A stretch of 60,851 nucleotides of DNA, the filler included, from Nemertoderma westbladi (lineage: Eukaryota; Animalia; Xenacoelomorpha), in NCBI GenBank assembly GCA_032718475.1. It is 3 parts of 3 records of this genome, joined end to end, with 100 filler letters (N's around TTAATTAATTAA, not from the genome) between each part and the next. Parts side by side here need not be neighbours in the genome. Positions count along the whole stretch, not along the records: positions 1 to 30,683 come from JAUCBJ010004580.1; positions 30,784 to 52,031 come from JAUCBJ010007302.1; 1 more part is not named here. One strand, written 5' to 3'. Below the pieces are notes generated by a model. It did no database searches and was not told where the DNA came from. It saw only the letters and a list, made by a program, of their open reading frames with translations. Position numbers and translations under genes: made by a program. Below are positions 24,055 through 36,409 of the stretch, piece by piece (the first letter of the stretch is position 1; every line of letters starts with the position of its first letter).

Positions 24055-26170
24055 CAAATTAGTAGTTCCTAGGTGGAAACAAACTAGTAACTTATTGTTA
24101 ACAAACTAGTAACTTATTGGTAACAAACTGGTAATAAAGTGGTAACAAACTAGTAACTTATTGGTAACAAACTAGTTGTTTATTGGTAACAAACTATTAA
24201 CACATTGGTAACAAACTATTATCTCATTGGTAACAAACTATTATCTCATTGGTAACAGACTAGTAACTTATTGGTAACAAACTAGTAGTTTATTGGTAAC
24301 AAAATAGTAATACATTGGTAGCAAACTAGTATCTTATTGGTAACAAACTAGTTGTTTATTGGTAACAAACTATTAACACATTGGTAACAAACTATTATCT
24401 CATTGGTAACAAACTATTATCTCATTGGTAACAGACTAGTAACTTATTGGTAACAAACTAGTAGTTTATTGGTAACAAAATAGTAATACATTGGTAGCAA
24501 ACTAGTATCTTATTGGTAACAAACTAGTTGTTTATTGGTAACAAAATAGTAATACATTGGTAACAAACTAGTAGTTTATTGGTAACAAACTATTATCTCA
24601 TTGGTAACAGACTAGTAACTTATTGGTAACAAACTAGTAGTTTATTGGTAACAAAATAGTAATACATTGGTAGCAAACTAGTATCTTATTGGTAACAAAC
24701 TAGTTGTTTATTGGTAACAAAATAGTAATACATTGGTAACAAACTAGTAGTTTATTGGTAACAAACTATTATCTCATTGGTAACAGACTAGTAACTTATT
24801 GGTAACAAACTAGTAGTTTATTGGTAACAAAATAGTAATACATTGGTAACAAACTAGTAACTTATTGGTAACAAACTATTAAGACATTTGTATTGATCTA
24901 CAGTAGTAACTCTTTAATAACAAACTAGTATTTAATTGTTGTTTGTTACCAACTATGAGCTACTATTATAGTGACTCTTGTTAAAAAAAAACTAGTGTTT
25001 TGCAATTCATTATTAATAACACCCTTGGTAACAAACTAGCAACTTATTGTTAACAAACTAGTAACAAATTGGTAAAACAATAGTAACTTATTGCCAACAA
25101 ACTCGTCCCTCATTGGTAACTCACTAGTAACTTAGACATAGAAAGATCCCGGGGTCTAACGGCCGAAGAACATTTATATTTATTTTATCTTTCTTTAACA
25201 AACCAGTAGGCCTACCTTGGTAACAAACTCGTAACTGTTTGTTATCAAACAAGTAACAAACTTAACTAACTTATTATACTATTAACTAACTAACTTATTA
25301 TAGGTAACTAACTTTATTGGGATAAAATTAAACTAGTAACTCTTAAGTAACAAACTAATAAATACATTGGTAACAAACTAGTAGTCAAAAAACTTTTTTT
25401 TATTCAATCATAACATAACGTAACGTAGGCCTAACACTAGTTATATGTTTAGCAAGCATGAAAAATCTCGTTGAATTTCATTCATTTTCGACAAAGTTAT
25501 TGTTGAACATAGAAAAATTATATTATCTAAAATAGCGGGAAGGTTTGAATTGTTCCTTTTGTTTGTTTGAATTGTTTAAACACCCATATCTCAGAATAAA
25601 GTTTTTTCATGAAAAAGGCTATTTCTCCGCCAATTTTAACTGAAATGAGTTGAAATTAGGTACACTTGTTAAGAATATCTTTCTCCATACTTCTTCTGAA
25701 CAAATTTGGTTGGAAATGCCCTGGAGCCTTTTTATATAAAAAAGGCCAAAAAAGTCCCTTTTTGGGGCCTTTTTGTTCTAAAAAGTACCAACAAACTAGT
25801 AATACATTGGTAGCAAACTAGTAACTTATTGGTAACAAACTAGTAGTTTATTGGTAACAAAATAGTAATACATTGGTAGCAAACTAGTATCTTATTGGTA
25901 ACAAACTAGTAGTTTATTGGTAACAGACTACTAATATATTGCTAGCAAACTAGTAACTTATTGGTAACAAACTAGTAGTTTATTGGTAACAAACTAGTAA
26001 TACATTGGTAACAAACTAGTAAGTTATTAGTAACAAACTAGTAATACATTGGTAACAAAATAGTAGCCTAATACATTGGTAGCAAACTAGTAACTTATTG
26101 GTCTCAAACTAGTAATACATTGGTAACAAACTAGTAACTTATTGGTAACAACCTAGTAACTCATTGGTGA
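24048..26170. repeat. 22-bp satellite (ttggtaacaaactagtaactta) with a 176-bp higher-order repeat, interrupted at about 25390-25790
   Basis: Dozens of monomers; the variant ttggtaacagac recurs at 24249, 24425, 24601 and 24777. Confidence 0.95.
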
Positions 26171-26827
26171 CAAAAAATATTTATACATTGGTAAAAATCT
26201 TGTATAAGTTCCATTCATAGATTTGGTGTCCTCAGCAGTTAGAGCCCTACATGGACTCCCATGGAGTACTGGTTCTACTGCTGCCCTAAATAGTCGAATC
26301 GAAACATTGTCGTCTTATTGCCCCCTGAACATTTACCCCCGATGACATCAAAGCCCCCTCTTTCCTTTATATTGTTTTTTGTACATTTTAATAATATTCA
26401 AGTTATAATGTTCGCGTCATCTGCAAACTGCAAAAATAACTCAGTTTCGCCGGTAAATACTTTGGGAAAGTCAATAAAATTGGAGAATAATATCAACGTC
26501 CTGTCAGAGCGGCCTGGGAACTCAGGACCCAACTCTAAGCCAGACAACTAGTATCCTGGAGAACTCGTTCCTTTCCTAGGCACCTCAGGCCAGGCCACTC
26601 GTGTCTGAATTTTGCGAACTTTTTTTTGCCAAGGGTACAGAGAGTGGCGTCCTAAACCTTAAATAAAAACGCATGACGTAACCAGTCATGTGATCCATGT
26701 CATTCACGATCAAGACCCTTCGGGTTGAGGGAAATAATGTCAAATAACAGTTTTAATTAAGTCTGACCTACAAACCTTAAATCTGAAGTTGTAAGGACCT
26801 GATTCAGCGATTCAGCATTCAGGAGAC

Positions 26828-27122
26828 CAGTTGTCAGGTCACGAGTTGTCCGGACACGAGTTGACCGGTCACGAGTTGTCCGGGCACGAGTTGTCAGGTC
26901 ACGAGTTGTCCGGACACGAGTTTTACGGACACGAGTTATCCGGACACGAGTTGTCCGGACACGAGTTGACCGGGCACGGGTTGCAAGGACACGAGTTGTC
27001 AGGTCACGAGTTGTGCGGACACGAGTTGTCCGGACACGAGTTGTCCGGACACGAGTTGTCAGGTCACGAGTTGTCCGGACACGAGTTGTCCTGACACGAG
27101 TTATCCGGACACGAGTTGTCCA
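26828..27122. repeat. 15-bp tandem repeat (ggacacgagttgtcc), about 20 copies
   Basis: Read directly from the sequence; it produces the spurious SGHEL and RTRVV ORFs. Confidence 0.95.
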
Positions 27123-27934
27123 GGTACTGATTTTTTACTTCCAATTGGATTCGATCTATGAGGTAACATGGTCAACATGGGTGCAACATTTACCATTCCA
27201 AAACTTTCCATAATACTTAATTTTAATTGGCTACTTAAGTTGGACCTTAATCCTTGAGAAACTGTCAATAAATAATTGTGTTTGCCCGGGCTTGCACCGA
27301 CTTGTATATTAGTGGGCGTCTATGGCGTTCATTGCCTGTCTCAGCTGGCATACAGCTGGTATCGCCTTTAACATCGTATTAATCTATGTTGCTGGAGCCT
27401 ATACTGCTCTCTCTGTGGCTTGCATAATATGCCAGTCAGCCAGCTCTTAGCAACATAGCAATCACACTGTACACCCACAAATTTATTGGTTAACCACGTC
27501 AGCTGAGCGAAGGAAATTACTTGGCTGCCCAAATATAAATCACTTGTGAACCTCACAAACCTAAATCCGGCTCTGTACCTTGGCTTTTCTTGGATTTGTT
27601 TAGTAGATTTAATTGAACCTTTTGTTTTGTTTTCAAAAGAAATCCTTTAAAATTCTGTTTATTATTAGAAAGGCTTTCTATTTATAAAATTAAGTTGTCC
27701 TTTCGAGCTTTGATCACAATTAGGTGTGTCATCTTCATATACTGATCCGATTAAAATACACAAATCTGTAAATATAATTATATTTGGCTAACTGCTGTAT
27801 AAAAGGCTGATTATTTTGGTTATCCATCACACTTCCAATATATTCGCATCTCTTCACCAACTACAAATATATCCTGTACAGATTTATTGTGATTCCGTTG
27901 GGCGATTGTTCGACAAACCTCCTCCCCCAGTATA

Positions 27935-28300
27935 ATGGTGCTAGTAGATACTGATCAGTTCCTTTCCGAACTCACCAAGTTATTCCAAAGAAGCCGCGAG
28001 CGGGGCGCGGTTACCATTACGATGAAACCGTGGGACGGTCGGGACAAACCGAAACCGCGGCACATTCGAGACACTCCCGCCGGTCCCATCGCCCCTCCGA
28101 CAGCTCCGGCCACCGGACCGGACGACAGTAAGTGTTTAGTTCGCGCTAGCGACGGCAAAAGGAAGATTAGCACTGTGGTTAGCTACAAGGATATCAACAA
28201 GTTTCAGATATCATATAATACTCTCCTCAAAGCCAATATTGATGGTCTAAAGAAAAAGGGGAAACAGGACAAAGGGAAAATTAAACCTATAAAAACATAA
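27935..28300 (+). CDS. SRP14: Signal recognition particle 14 kDa protein
   Basis: MVL...QFLSELTKLFQ...V.ITMK..DGR.KP.PR...KCLVRASDGKRKISTVV..K....F...Y..LLKANIDGLKK matches SRP14; single coding exon. Confidence 0.95.
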   Translation: MVLVDTDQFLSELTKLFQRSRERGAVTITMKPWDGRDKPKPRHIRDTPAGPIAPPTAPATGPDDSKCLVRASDGKRKISTVVSYKDINKFQISYNTLLKANIDGLKKKGKQDKGKIKPIKT

Positions 28301-28682
28301 TACATTAACTTTTGCTATATCTCATACTGTCGTAGTATTTATTATAATTACCGGAGTTTTATAACTCGACTGAAAAATTTATAGGCGAGTGGCAAACTAT
28401 TGGTAGTTTTTATTTAATACAAGGCGGAAGGACTTTGGGTGCTGATTACTTACGTTGTGGAGGTTTTTATTTAAGTAAACCGATAAAAAAAAACTGTTAG
28501 TCATTTTTCCTGCAAAAAATTGAGAATTTAATATTTTAAATTATATTTGGTGTTTTAAGTGTTTTTTTCATATATTGTTCAAACTGGGTAGGCCTATTTA
28601 GATTTTAGCCGGAATTGTTGTACCGGTATTGTCTACTAGTTCAGTAGTATTTGCTTTATAACTTGTTCCGTTTGTTGTGACC

Positions 28683-30074
28683 ATGACTCCTCCATATAGA
28701 CTGATGAAATGCATTTCTCTTAAGTGTTTAACATTTGGTGTTATTCTATTTTTGGCTATCCAGTTATGTATTTATCTATTCGTAAGTCGTACCACCGGTA
28801 GATACAGTTTTAAATTCAGCCATCGGGTAATTTTCTCGCCAAGGGAAACCATTGAAGATTTTGTTGGCGCCTGTCACGGTTACCCATTAAGATTATTCCT
28901 TTTGGACGGTCAAATATTCGACTCTTTGAAACAAACACAATCCTATCTCATTTATGGGTCTCCGTTATGGCGACCTGGACACGTGACTACTTTTGGCGCC
29001 TTTGGAGACGCCGTGGGGTCACGTGACGTCCATCTTATCGCTAAATCCTTGAAATTAAAATTATTCGAAAATCCAGTAATACAGGAAGCCACGATTAACG
29101 AAACTGCGATAGTCACACATTTGTGGTTGAAACGGAACCAACATGCCATACATTTAGTTTTTCTATACAAAAAACGCAATGTCTTTTGGTTTTCTAGAAC
29201 TGAAATATCGATTATTCCTGAATATCTTTCAGGATTCGATACACAATTTATAAATAATTTTCCTTTCGCTAATTTTGAAGGAATTATTCCTAATTTCGAT
29301 GTAGAGGAAGTTTACCTCGACGGTTTATCGATAAACATTCCATCTCGATTAATCTCTTATCTGCTCCCCCGACTTATCGACTCGAAGTTCTCCCCTTGCA
29401 ATCTCTCCTCGGCGGGCGAGTTCTACTCCCGTTACGGGAGGGACGTTTCTCCCAGAGTCCATGACCTTAGGTCCCGGGTTCGGTCCCTGCTCGAACGAGC
29501 GTCCGGGCTACTAGCGGACATTGATATCCCCTTCTGGCTCAGCTCCGGCACTTGCCTCGGCTGGTACCGTCAATGCGACGTCATCCCCTACACAACCGAC
29601 GTAGATATCGGTATTTTTTACGCCGATCTGATGGCCTACTTCGTTAGATACGGAGTTGGTGCCGAGTTGGCTTTGAAACAAAACTTCGAGGAAAGTGGTT
29701 TTGTTTTGGAGCACATCTTCGGTTTAGTTAACGATAGCTACCAAATGGCGTTCCGAGACGCTAGCGGGATTAAATTGGATGTTTTTATTTTCTACAAGGA
29801 TTATCAGTCCTTCTGGAACGGCGGAACCCAGTATAAAACAGGAGGGAAATTTAAATACATATTTACCCCTTTTGAGTTGTGCTGGACTGAGTTGTTGGAC
29901 TTGTGGTTCAGAGTACCTTGTGACGCCGAGGTGTACCTCAGCGCAAATTATGGTCTCAACTGGAGGGCCCCTGCACAGACATGGGACTGGAAGACGGACC
30001 CTCCCAATGTCAGACCCAACGGTGTCTGGAATAAGTCCATGTGGCCCAAGGTCATTCGCTTTTTTCCTACATAA
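28683..30074 (+). CDS. FKTN: Fukutin (ribitol-5-phosphate transferase, LicD family)
   Basis: N-terminal TM anchor; FWLSSGTCLGWYRQC.VIPY..DVDIGIF with the DxD motif; WNGGTQ..TG.KFKY.F; WDWK..PPNV.PNGVW. The first ATG is 28683 (the ORF track starts at an upstream GTG). Confidence 0.95.
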   Translation: MTPPYRLMKCISLKCLTFGVILFLAIQLCIYLFVSRTTGRYSFKFSHRVIFSPRETIEDFVGACHGYPLRLFLLDGQIFDSLKQTQSYLIYGSPLWRPGHVTTFGAFGDAVGSRDVHLIAKSLKLKLFENPVIQEATINETAIVTHLWLKRNQHAIHLVFLYKKRNVFWFSRTEISIIPEYLSGFDTQFINNFPFANFEGIIPNFDVEEVYLDGLSINIPSRLISYLLPRLIDSKFSPCNLSSAGEFYSRYGRDVSPRVHDLRSRVRSLLERASGLLADIDIPFWLSSGTCLGWYRQCDVIPYTTDVDIGIFYADLMAYFVRYGVGAELALKQNFEESGFVLEHIFGLVNDSYQMAFRDASGIKLDVFIFYKDYQSFWNGGTQYKTGGKFKYIFTPFELCWTELLDLWFRVPCDAEVYLSANYGLNWRAPAQTWDWKTDPPNVRPNGVWNKSMWPKVIRFFPT

Positions 30075-30558
30075 ATATGGTATACTTCTATTTTAATTAG
30101 ATAAAGTTTAAGGTTACGTAGATAAACTGAGCATGATATTTTATTAAATTCGATAATAAATCATGTTCAGTTTACATAATAAACAGTATGTTTTTTTATT
30201 TATTCCATTTTATTAAAAAAAAACACAAAAATAATAATAAATTTCATCACAAAAAATTCTGAATCCAAAATAAAGTAAAAGACAATAACTGTCACTATAT
30301 AAATTATATTTATTATTATTATTACTATAGTAATACTTTGTTATTATTGTTAATCTCAATTTCTAGGGTTAGATATTTCATACTAATTACATTTAATGTT
30401 AGTTCCATTTATCGCACTATTATAATATTAATATATTTAATGTGTATAAGTGTAAAGACGTTTAATTGCCTTTATATATATATGATATTTATAAATAATT
30501 GTTTTGAAGAAATATTGATAAAAGCAGCACATTTACCATGCTCTATCTCCTTAAAGCC

Positions 30559-30602
<44 letters not shown>

Positions 30603-30683
30603 CTGGCCGCATATGCCACCTAGGCGAATTAATATTTCATCTTAAATTATTAATAATTAGAAAGCGGCATGTTGTAGTGGCAC

Positions 30684-30783
30684 NNNNNNNNNNNNNNNNN
30701 NNNNNNNNNNNNNNNNNNNNNNNNNNNTTAATTAATTAANNNNNNNNNNNNNNNNNNNNNNNNNNNNNNNNNNNNNNNNNNNN
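30684..30783. other. Artificial contig linker
   Basis: Exactly 44 N + TTAATTAATTAA (stops in all six frames) + 44 N. Confidence 0.97.
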
Positions 30784-30784
30784 G

Positions 30785-32435
30785 AGGGTCAGGGGCCAAA
30801 CCCCTAACCCAGAGAGAATAGGTGGAGTGAACGGGAACACTCCAAAGGGCGCCAACAAGGGTATCAACCAATCAGAGGGGGGGAAAGGCATCGGTTAGGT
30901 AGAGTAACAAGGCCAACCGTGCAATATAGCCACTTGGCAGTAATAATACCAATTCAGTTATCTCAGTGCAATACCGGTGCTAGTTAGGTTATTACATAGT
31001 TTTAGATAGGGAAGGACCGGGACTTTAGTTACCATATCCCGCCTTCCGTATACGACAATATTATCTCATACTATATCTATATCTATATCCACATGTTATA
31101 TTATATACGACAAACAACATCAGAACTCGTTTCACTCTTTATACACGGTGGGGACGCGTGAACTAAAACCGGATAAACCGGGATCCCTCTTGGATCCCGT
31201 CACAGTAACTAAATAAATCAAGGTTAGTAGAGCTAGTTAGCAGAGTTAGTTAGATAGTTAGAGTTAGTAAGTAGTAGGTGGATAGTATGATAGCACAGGG
31301 GTAGCATTAGAGATTAAAGCCTTAGGGAGTGACAAGAGAGTGGAGAGGTGATAGTGCGGAGTGCGGAGATAGTGGTGTAAGTACTATAGTCATACAACCT
31401 TTCTCAATTAGCTACTGGGACTGGGGGGCTAAGTGACTATGGCACTAGGGACAAGACGCCAGACGATTTCACATTTCCTGAGTGCGACGGCACGGAGGGG
31501 GGGGTGAGATTCGTCAGAAGGGATAAGGTAGTAAAGAGGGACGGAGTAATAGTGCTGAGTGCGAAGAGAGCGTGGGCGCAATTCAAGTGTGGGGGAGGAG
31601 AAGTGAGAGGAAGAGTGTGGGACGAGGAGGTCCGGGAGTATGCGAGAGTTGGAGTAGAGTGGTGAGAGTGTTGGGGAAACAAAAATTGTGTGAGAGAAGC
31701 GCACGATCGGCCCGACACGAGACGCCAGAGGGTAGTGACATCATACCCATAGGGAGCGGCCTGGAAAGCCAACTCCGAAAAAATATACCCACCCCACACC
31801 CGATGTTAGATCGGGATCCAGCGGAATTGTAGCGCACTTTAGTTGGATGCTATCTTCTCACCAGGAAGATAGCATGGGGGGGAGTGTTAGCTTATCCAAT
31901 TCCGCTAACACAAACCCATAGAGTGAGCCATAAAGCAATATTGGGAGCACGAGGTTGATTACCAATCAACCTCGTGTCAGCCCAGTAAACGGGGACAATA
32001 GGCCCCAAAGGAGACACACACAATAAGGGTCAGGGGCCAAACCCCTAACAGAGAGAGAACAACAGGGGCAACGGGAAACACACCAGGGAAGGTGAAAGGG
32101 CGAGAAGTGGGATATTAGCCAATGGGGGGACAGCATCGACTAGGTACAGTAATATGGCCAACTGTGCAGTACATATATTACCTGTTGGTGCTTCCCTATT
32201 CAGTTTAGTTTACTCAGTCAGATCAGTAGGGTGGAACGGGGACTTCTGTCACCGTCCGCTACCGCCATCATACTTATCTACCGGTAACCGTGTCATCCAT
32301 TTCAACTGTGCTATATCAGACTATTATACCTTTATACATATTACCGAACATCAGAACTCTTTTACCTTTCACACACGGCGGGGACGCGTAGATAGAAAAC
32401 CCAACGGATAAACCGGGATCCGTAGATCCCGTCAC
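30785..32435. repeat. Two diverged ~410-420-bp direct repeats with LTR-like termini around a non-coding spacer
   Basis: 30785-31204 and 32026-32435 both run from agggtcaggggccaaacccctaac to gatcccgtcaca (TGTGAC on the minus strand). No PBS found; orientation uncertain. Confidence 0.5.
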
Positions 32436-32829
32436 ACCAGCCTTGAGAAAGGCTTAAGTTCTACTGCCCGACGCACTATCCGGGAAGTAAAGTTCGGCGG
32501 AATATAAGTAACTACTTTACACAAAAAAAACTCGGAGTAAGCATATTCGGCGCAACAGTGCATTTGGTAAATAAAACGAAATGGGAATTTCGTTTTTAGA
32601 GACTGGAGGTGGAGCTGGTGGACTGATAAAATATAATATTGTTATATTTAATATTGTTTATATACATTATATTGTTGCATATAATTATATACATATATAA
32701 TATCAGAATATTGCATAATTATTTTATTTTACTACTAAATATTGAAAACAATTTTTAATTATATTCAGTCATGGCGGTTATCCTACTTCTAACCTTCTCC
32801 ATCACTTACAGACTTAGTCACTACCACTA

Positions 32830-35327
32830 TCTAATTCAGTAAGGTTTTAACTAAATCAATTAAGTCATCTTTTGTTTTGGCGGCCTTGTAAAACAGCTGA
32901 ATTCGGCATATCTGTTTCCCCAATCAACTCTTTGGCTAAATCGATCAGCTGTTCTTTGGTCCAGTTATTAATATTGTTTAGAATTTGTTATCAGTTATAG
33001 GTATAACGGGTTGCTTAGCAACAAAGGTATAGTTAGGTTTGTGTTCAAGAATATTTGTCACAGCAGATGAAATTCGTTCCCGTCCTCTCTGATAAAAATT
33101 TATGTGCTCATATGCCAATTTTAAGGAAAATCCTTCAGGTTGAGTAGATTCACCATGAGGATTTATTATATCCGCCTGGCGGATAGTTTCTTGCCAATCA
33201 AGCAAACAAGTATTCATACTTTGTAGATATGAAGGTCCGTAGTTGATGTTTTGTTCTGCTGATAATTTTGGATCCTGTGATCCAATTTCTTTAAATACAG
33301 TGTCCCTTAATTTGGCAAGCGGCTTCACTGAAGCGTAAAGTTTTTCCCACTTCTCTATAGTTGAAGGGATTGAGCTGGGTGTGAGCGGAGCGCCTTTATA
33401 AGTTTGTGAATTTCTTCTAACAGATAATCAGCCCTTGTCCCTTTCCGCGGCCTGTTCTATCCAAGGAGACTCGTTCCTTCAAGAAATTTACAAACTTCTC
33501 ATCCAATCTAATTAGTGAAGATAAGTAATAAGCCGTTATATGTTGATAAGTATAGTCGCGCCGAGTGAAAAAAACTGGAGAGAATTTATACATAGCTGCA
33601 ACTATCAAGTCGAAATCACCATTCCTTGTCCCTATATGCATGACCTTTATTCAGAAGGACAGTGAAAGTGAAACTAAATAAACATTTGTATGTCATATCC
33701 TTTGACACTGAAAGAAATTTGTTTAAAGCTTCAAGTGTATAGTTATTATCTTTAGGTGATTCATCATTAATAAATGGGCGTAATAACTAGCGAGCTAGTC
33801 CATGCAAAATTATATCTAGAGACTCAGTCATAGCTCTTGTGGTGATCATTCATTGATTTAAAAAATAGCAATGCTTTATCACTTGTGAAGCCATTTGTTA
33901 GTGCAAAGTGTTGGAATACGATATTCCAACCAAAGTTTCCAATGCCTTTTAACATGTTATTTAAGCTCAATGTGACCAAGGCCAGGCATTAATAGGAGGT
34001 AGTCGCTCCATTCAGGATGTTGCTCGTGCATTAGACTTAAGACCAAACCAAAGGGACTTCCGTCCATTTCTAAATTAACGTGCCTTCGGTGTTGAGTCTC
34101 TAATTTAGTTGTAATGTTTGTTTCTACTAATATATGATACATCATCAACTCTACAGTAGAATAGCTTCCAGGATCGAAATATAAAGGTTTATGGATGTTT
34201 ATCTCGAAATCCGCCAATGGTTTAGTTGTAGACCTGTGAAGTTTGCTGTAACTGCCATCATTAAACGAACTTGCATCGGTCTCACCAAGAAGCGTGGCAA
34301 TCTCCGACCGTACAAATTCTTGTCGAACATTTCTAAATATAGAGTCATTCTTTTCAGTAAATTTCAACCAATCACTCTTACCTGAATCTGCCCCAAGGTC
34401 TGCATAAGTAATGTTGCTAAATTGTATGTTCTCAGTTGAAGGAGTATAAATTCTTATAACAGAAGTAACCTTACGTATCTGCACCCCCTTCTGAAAAACA
34501 TTCCAGGTGCACCCTATTTTTTGATTATTATCGACTGCGACTGATAAGTCATGGTTAGTAGAAAATAAGTCTAACGCTTCAGTGGTTGAGTTATTCCATA
34601 TATCAATCGTTTTCCGGTATGATGGTGCTGGAGAACCTGAAGCGCGAAGAATGCAGCTAAATTTCGAGTTATCCACGGTGTACATGACTAACTGTTCCCG
34701 GGTGTGAATTTTCCCAACATACTTGGCATCCTGCGACAACATCAAAAATTCGAATACTTTATTTGCCAGGTACAAGTTCTTCGGCTTATCCTTGGTGTCG
34801 AAGAGTTCTAATAATAATGTGCGCACGATACCATCGGGTATGTAATTTTCGTAATCGATGGAGTGCAGATCTTCAATAAATGCCGCAGTATTTTGGGTTG
34901 CAGAAAAAGTTTTTAGTTCGTTTTTTATTAAAGATGCAAAAAATTCAACTGTGCCTTTATCAACGTTTTTACTTGTGCCACTACCGGTACTTGTTGGCAA
35001 CTCCGTAGTTTGAGAGCAACTCGGCACATCGCCACTGCTAGATTCAGATGAAACCATGCCCGGATTAATAGAATTGACATCAGGGTATCGTGAAAGGTTT
35101 AACTTCAACGAGTAAAAATAATGACATGTTGAACAAATTCGTTGATAATACTTTGTTATTAGACGATTGACAATCATGTACTCTATAACACCTTTCTTCA
35201 TTTTTTTATTCGTTTTCTTGAATACATAATAGCGAGGCCAAGCAATATCTTTATCTTTAGATGCCTTTTCTTGTAATATTCGATGAGTAATGACTTTACA
35301 ACACTGAAACTTGCTAGTTGAAGCCAT
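32830..35327 (-). pseudogene. Frameshifted Academ/DUF6589-like putative transposase
   Basis: ORF fragments 33957-35327, 33417-33641 and 32978-33328 give in order VAVDN, EMDGSPF, LLMPGLGHIE, RNGDFDL...Y...YL, GQG.DYLLEE (after a frameshift), then a helix-extension-helix-like tail (WTKEQLIDLAK...TKDDLIDLV). Confidence 0.5.
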
Positions 35328-36278
35328 AATTAATATTATTTAATACAGTATAATAAATATATCATTTAAGTTCAAGCCGATAAACAAAAATACAAACTTT
35401 CTTAGATTTATTATGACTTGGTGATTTATCTTAATTACAAATTAGGCTATTACAGTATTAAAGATTGTTAAAATACCATACATGCCGCATGCCGTAGGTG
35501 TAATGGCCTACATGAACTGAGTACCAGTACCATGACTTGACTATATCTATAATCTATAATGTTCTGGGTTCATTCCAGTACCTGAAGTTAAACTATCCGA
35601 ATCAGGCAAGTAAATATTTCCACATTAGGCAATAGTGTCAAACCATACTTGCCTCATTGGGCAAGAAATTCACTTTCCCGATCTGGGCATATCACTATAC
35701 TGAAATTGTATTCCTAAATACTGAAATAAGGAACTCAGGTCAAAAAGTTCTTATTTAGGCCTAGGGACTTTTATTATTTACGTGTACAATTTCGATGTCT
35801 TAAATAAGGTAAATTTAAAAAATCCCTCTTATTTCTGTATTTAGGAACTGGTCGTATTTTTGGTGCAATTTTAAAACGCTTGTAGAAAAAAAAACCGGAC
35901 GGTGAAATGTTTCCTGGTTTTTTGCATTATGTTCAAGAAAGCAACCAACTTTTATCTTGTGAAATAATATTAGGCCTATCTGCCTATGCGGTATTTTTTC
36001 CTGAAACAAGTTCTTGCATATTATGTCGAAAAAATATCCAAAAAAGGCCCAAAAACCCCTAAATAAGAGCCATTTTCCTTAAATAAGAACCCACTTTTGG
36101 AGCTTATTTAAGGGTACCGGTATGTTCCCTACTGGCAGGCTAGGCCTACTGTGTACTGACTGCCCTCAGTCAGTTAGTACAGTTAGGAATACTGCTGTAC
36201 TGGTCACTTTCTGGCAGAAGGTCAGCCAAAAATTGTCCACATACTGACATATCTACAGCAAGGGACGTTCCTGTTTGC

Positions 36279-36409
36279 AGTTTGGGCGCCTCCACTTTGC
36301 AGCTTTGAATGTTCTGAATGTTTTGAATTTTCCCGTCAGCCTGTCTGCCTGTCTTGTGCACAGGAAAATTCAAAACATTCAGAACATTCAAAATGGAGGC
36401 CCCCAAACT
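36279..36409. repeat. Foldback with perfect 30-bp arms
   Basis: 36304-36333 is the reverse complement of 36363-36392, with a further imperfect outer stem. Confidence 0.85.

Noticed and set aside
24048-26170. CRISPR-like constant-plus-variable array
   Set aside because: The variable part is only about 6 nt and recurs periodically, as expected for a satellite with higher-order structure.
26831-27213. SGHEL and RTRVV repeat proteins
   Set aside because: These ORFs arise from a stop-free 15-bp repeat, start at non-ATG codons and have no flanking coding sequence.
30728-30739. TTAATTAATTAA island as a biological motif
   Set aside because: It is centred exactly in 100-bp N spacers and occurs twice, so it is a synthetic linker.
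30338-30739. 133-aa ORF with poly-Gly
   Set aside because: It is an AT-rich chance frame that crosses a G homopolymer and the N gap.
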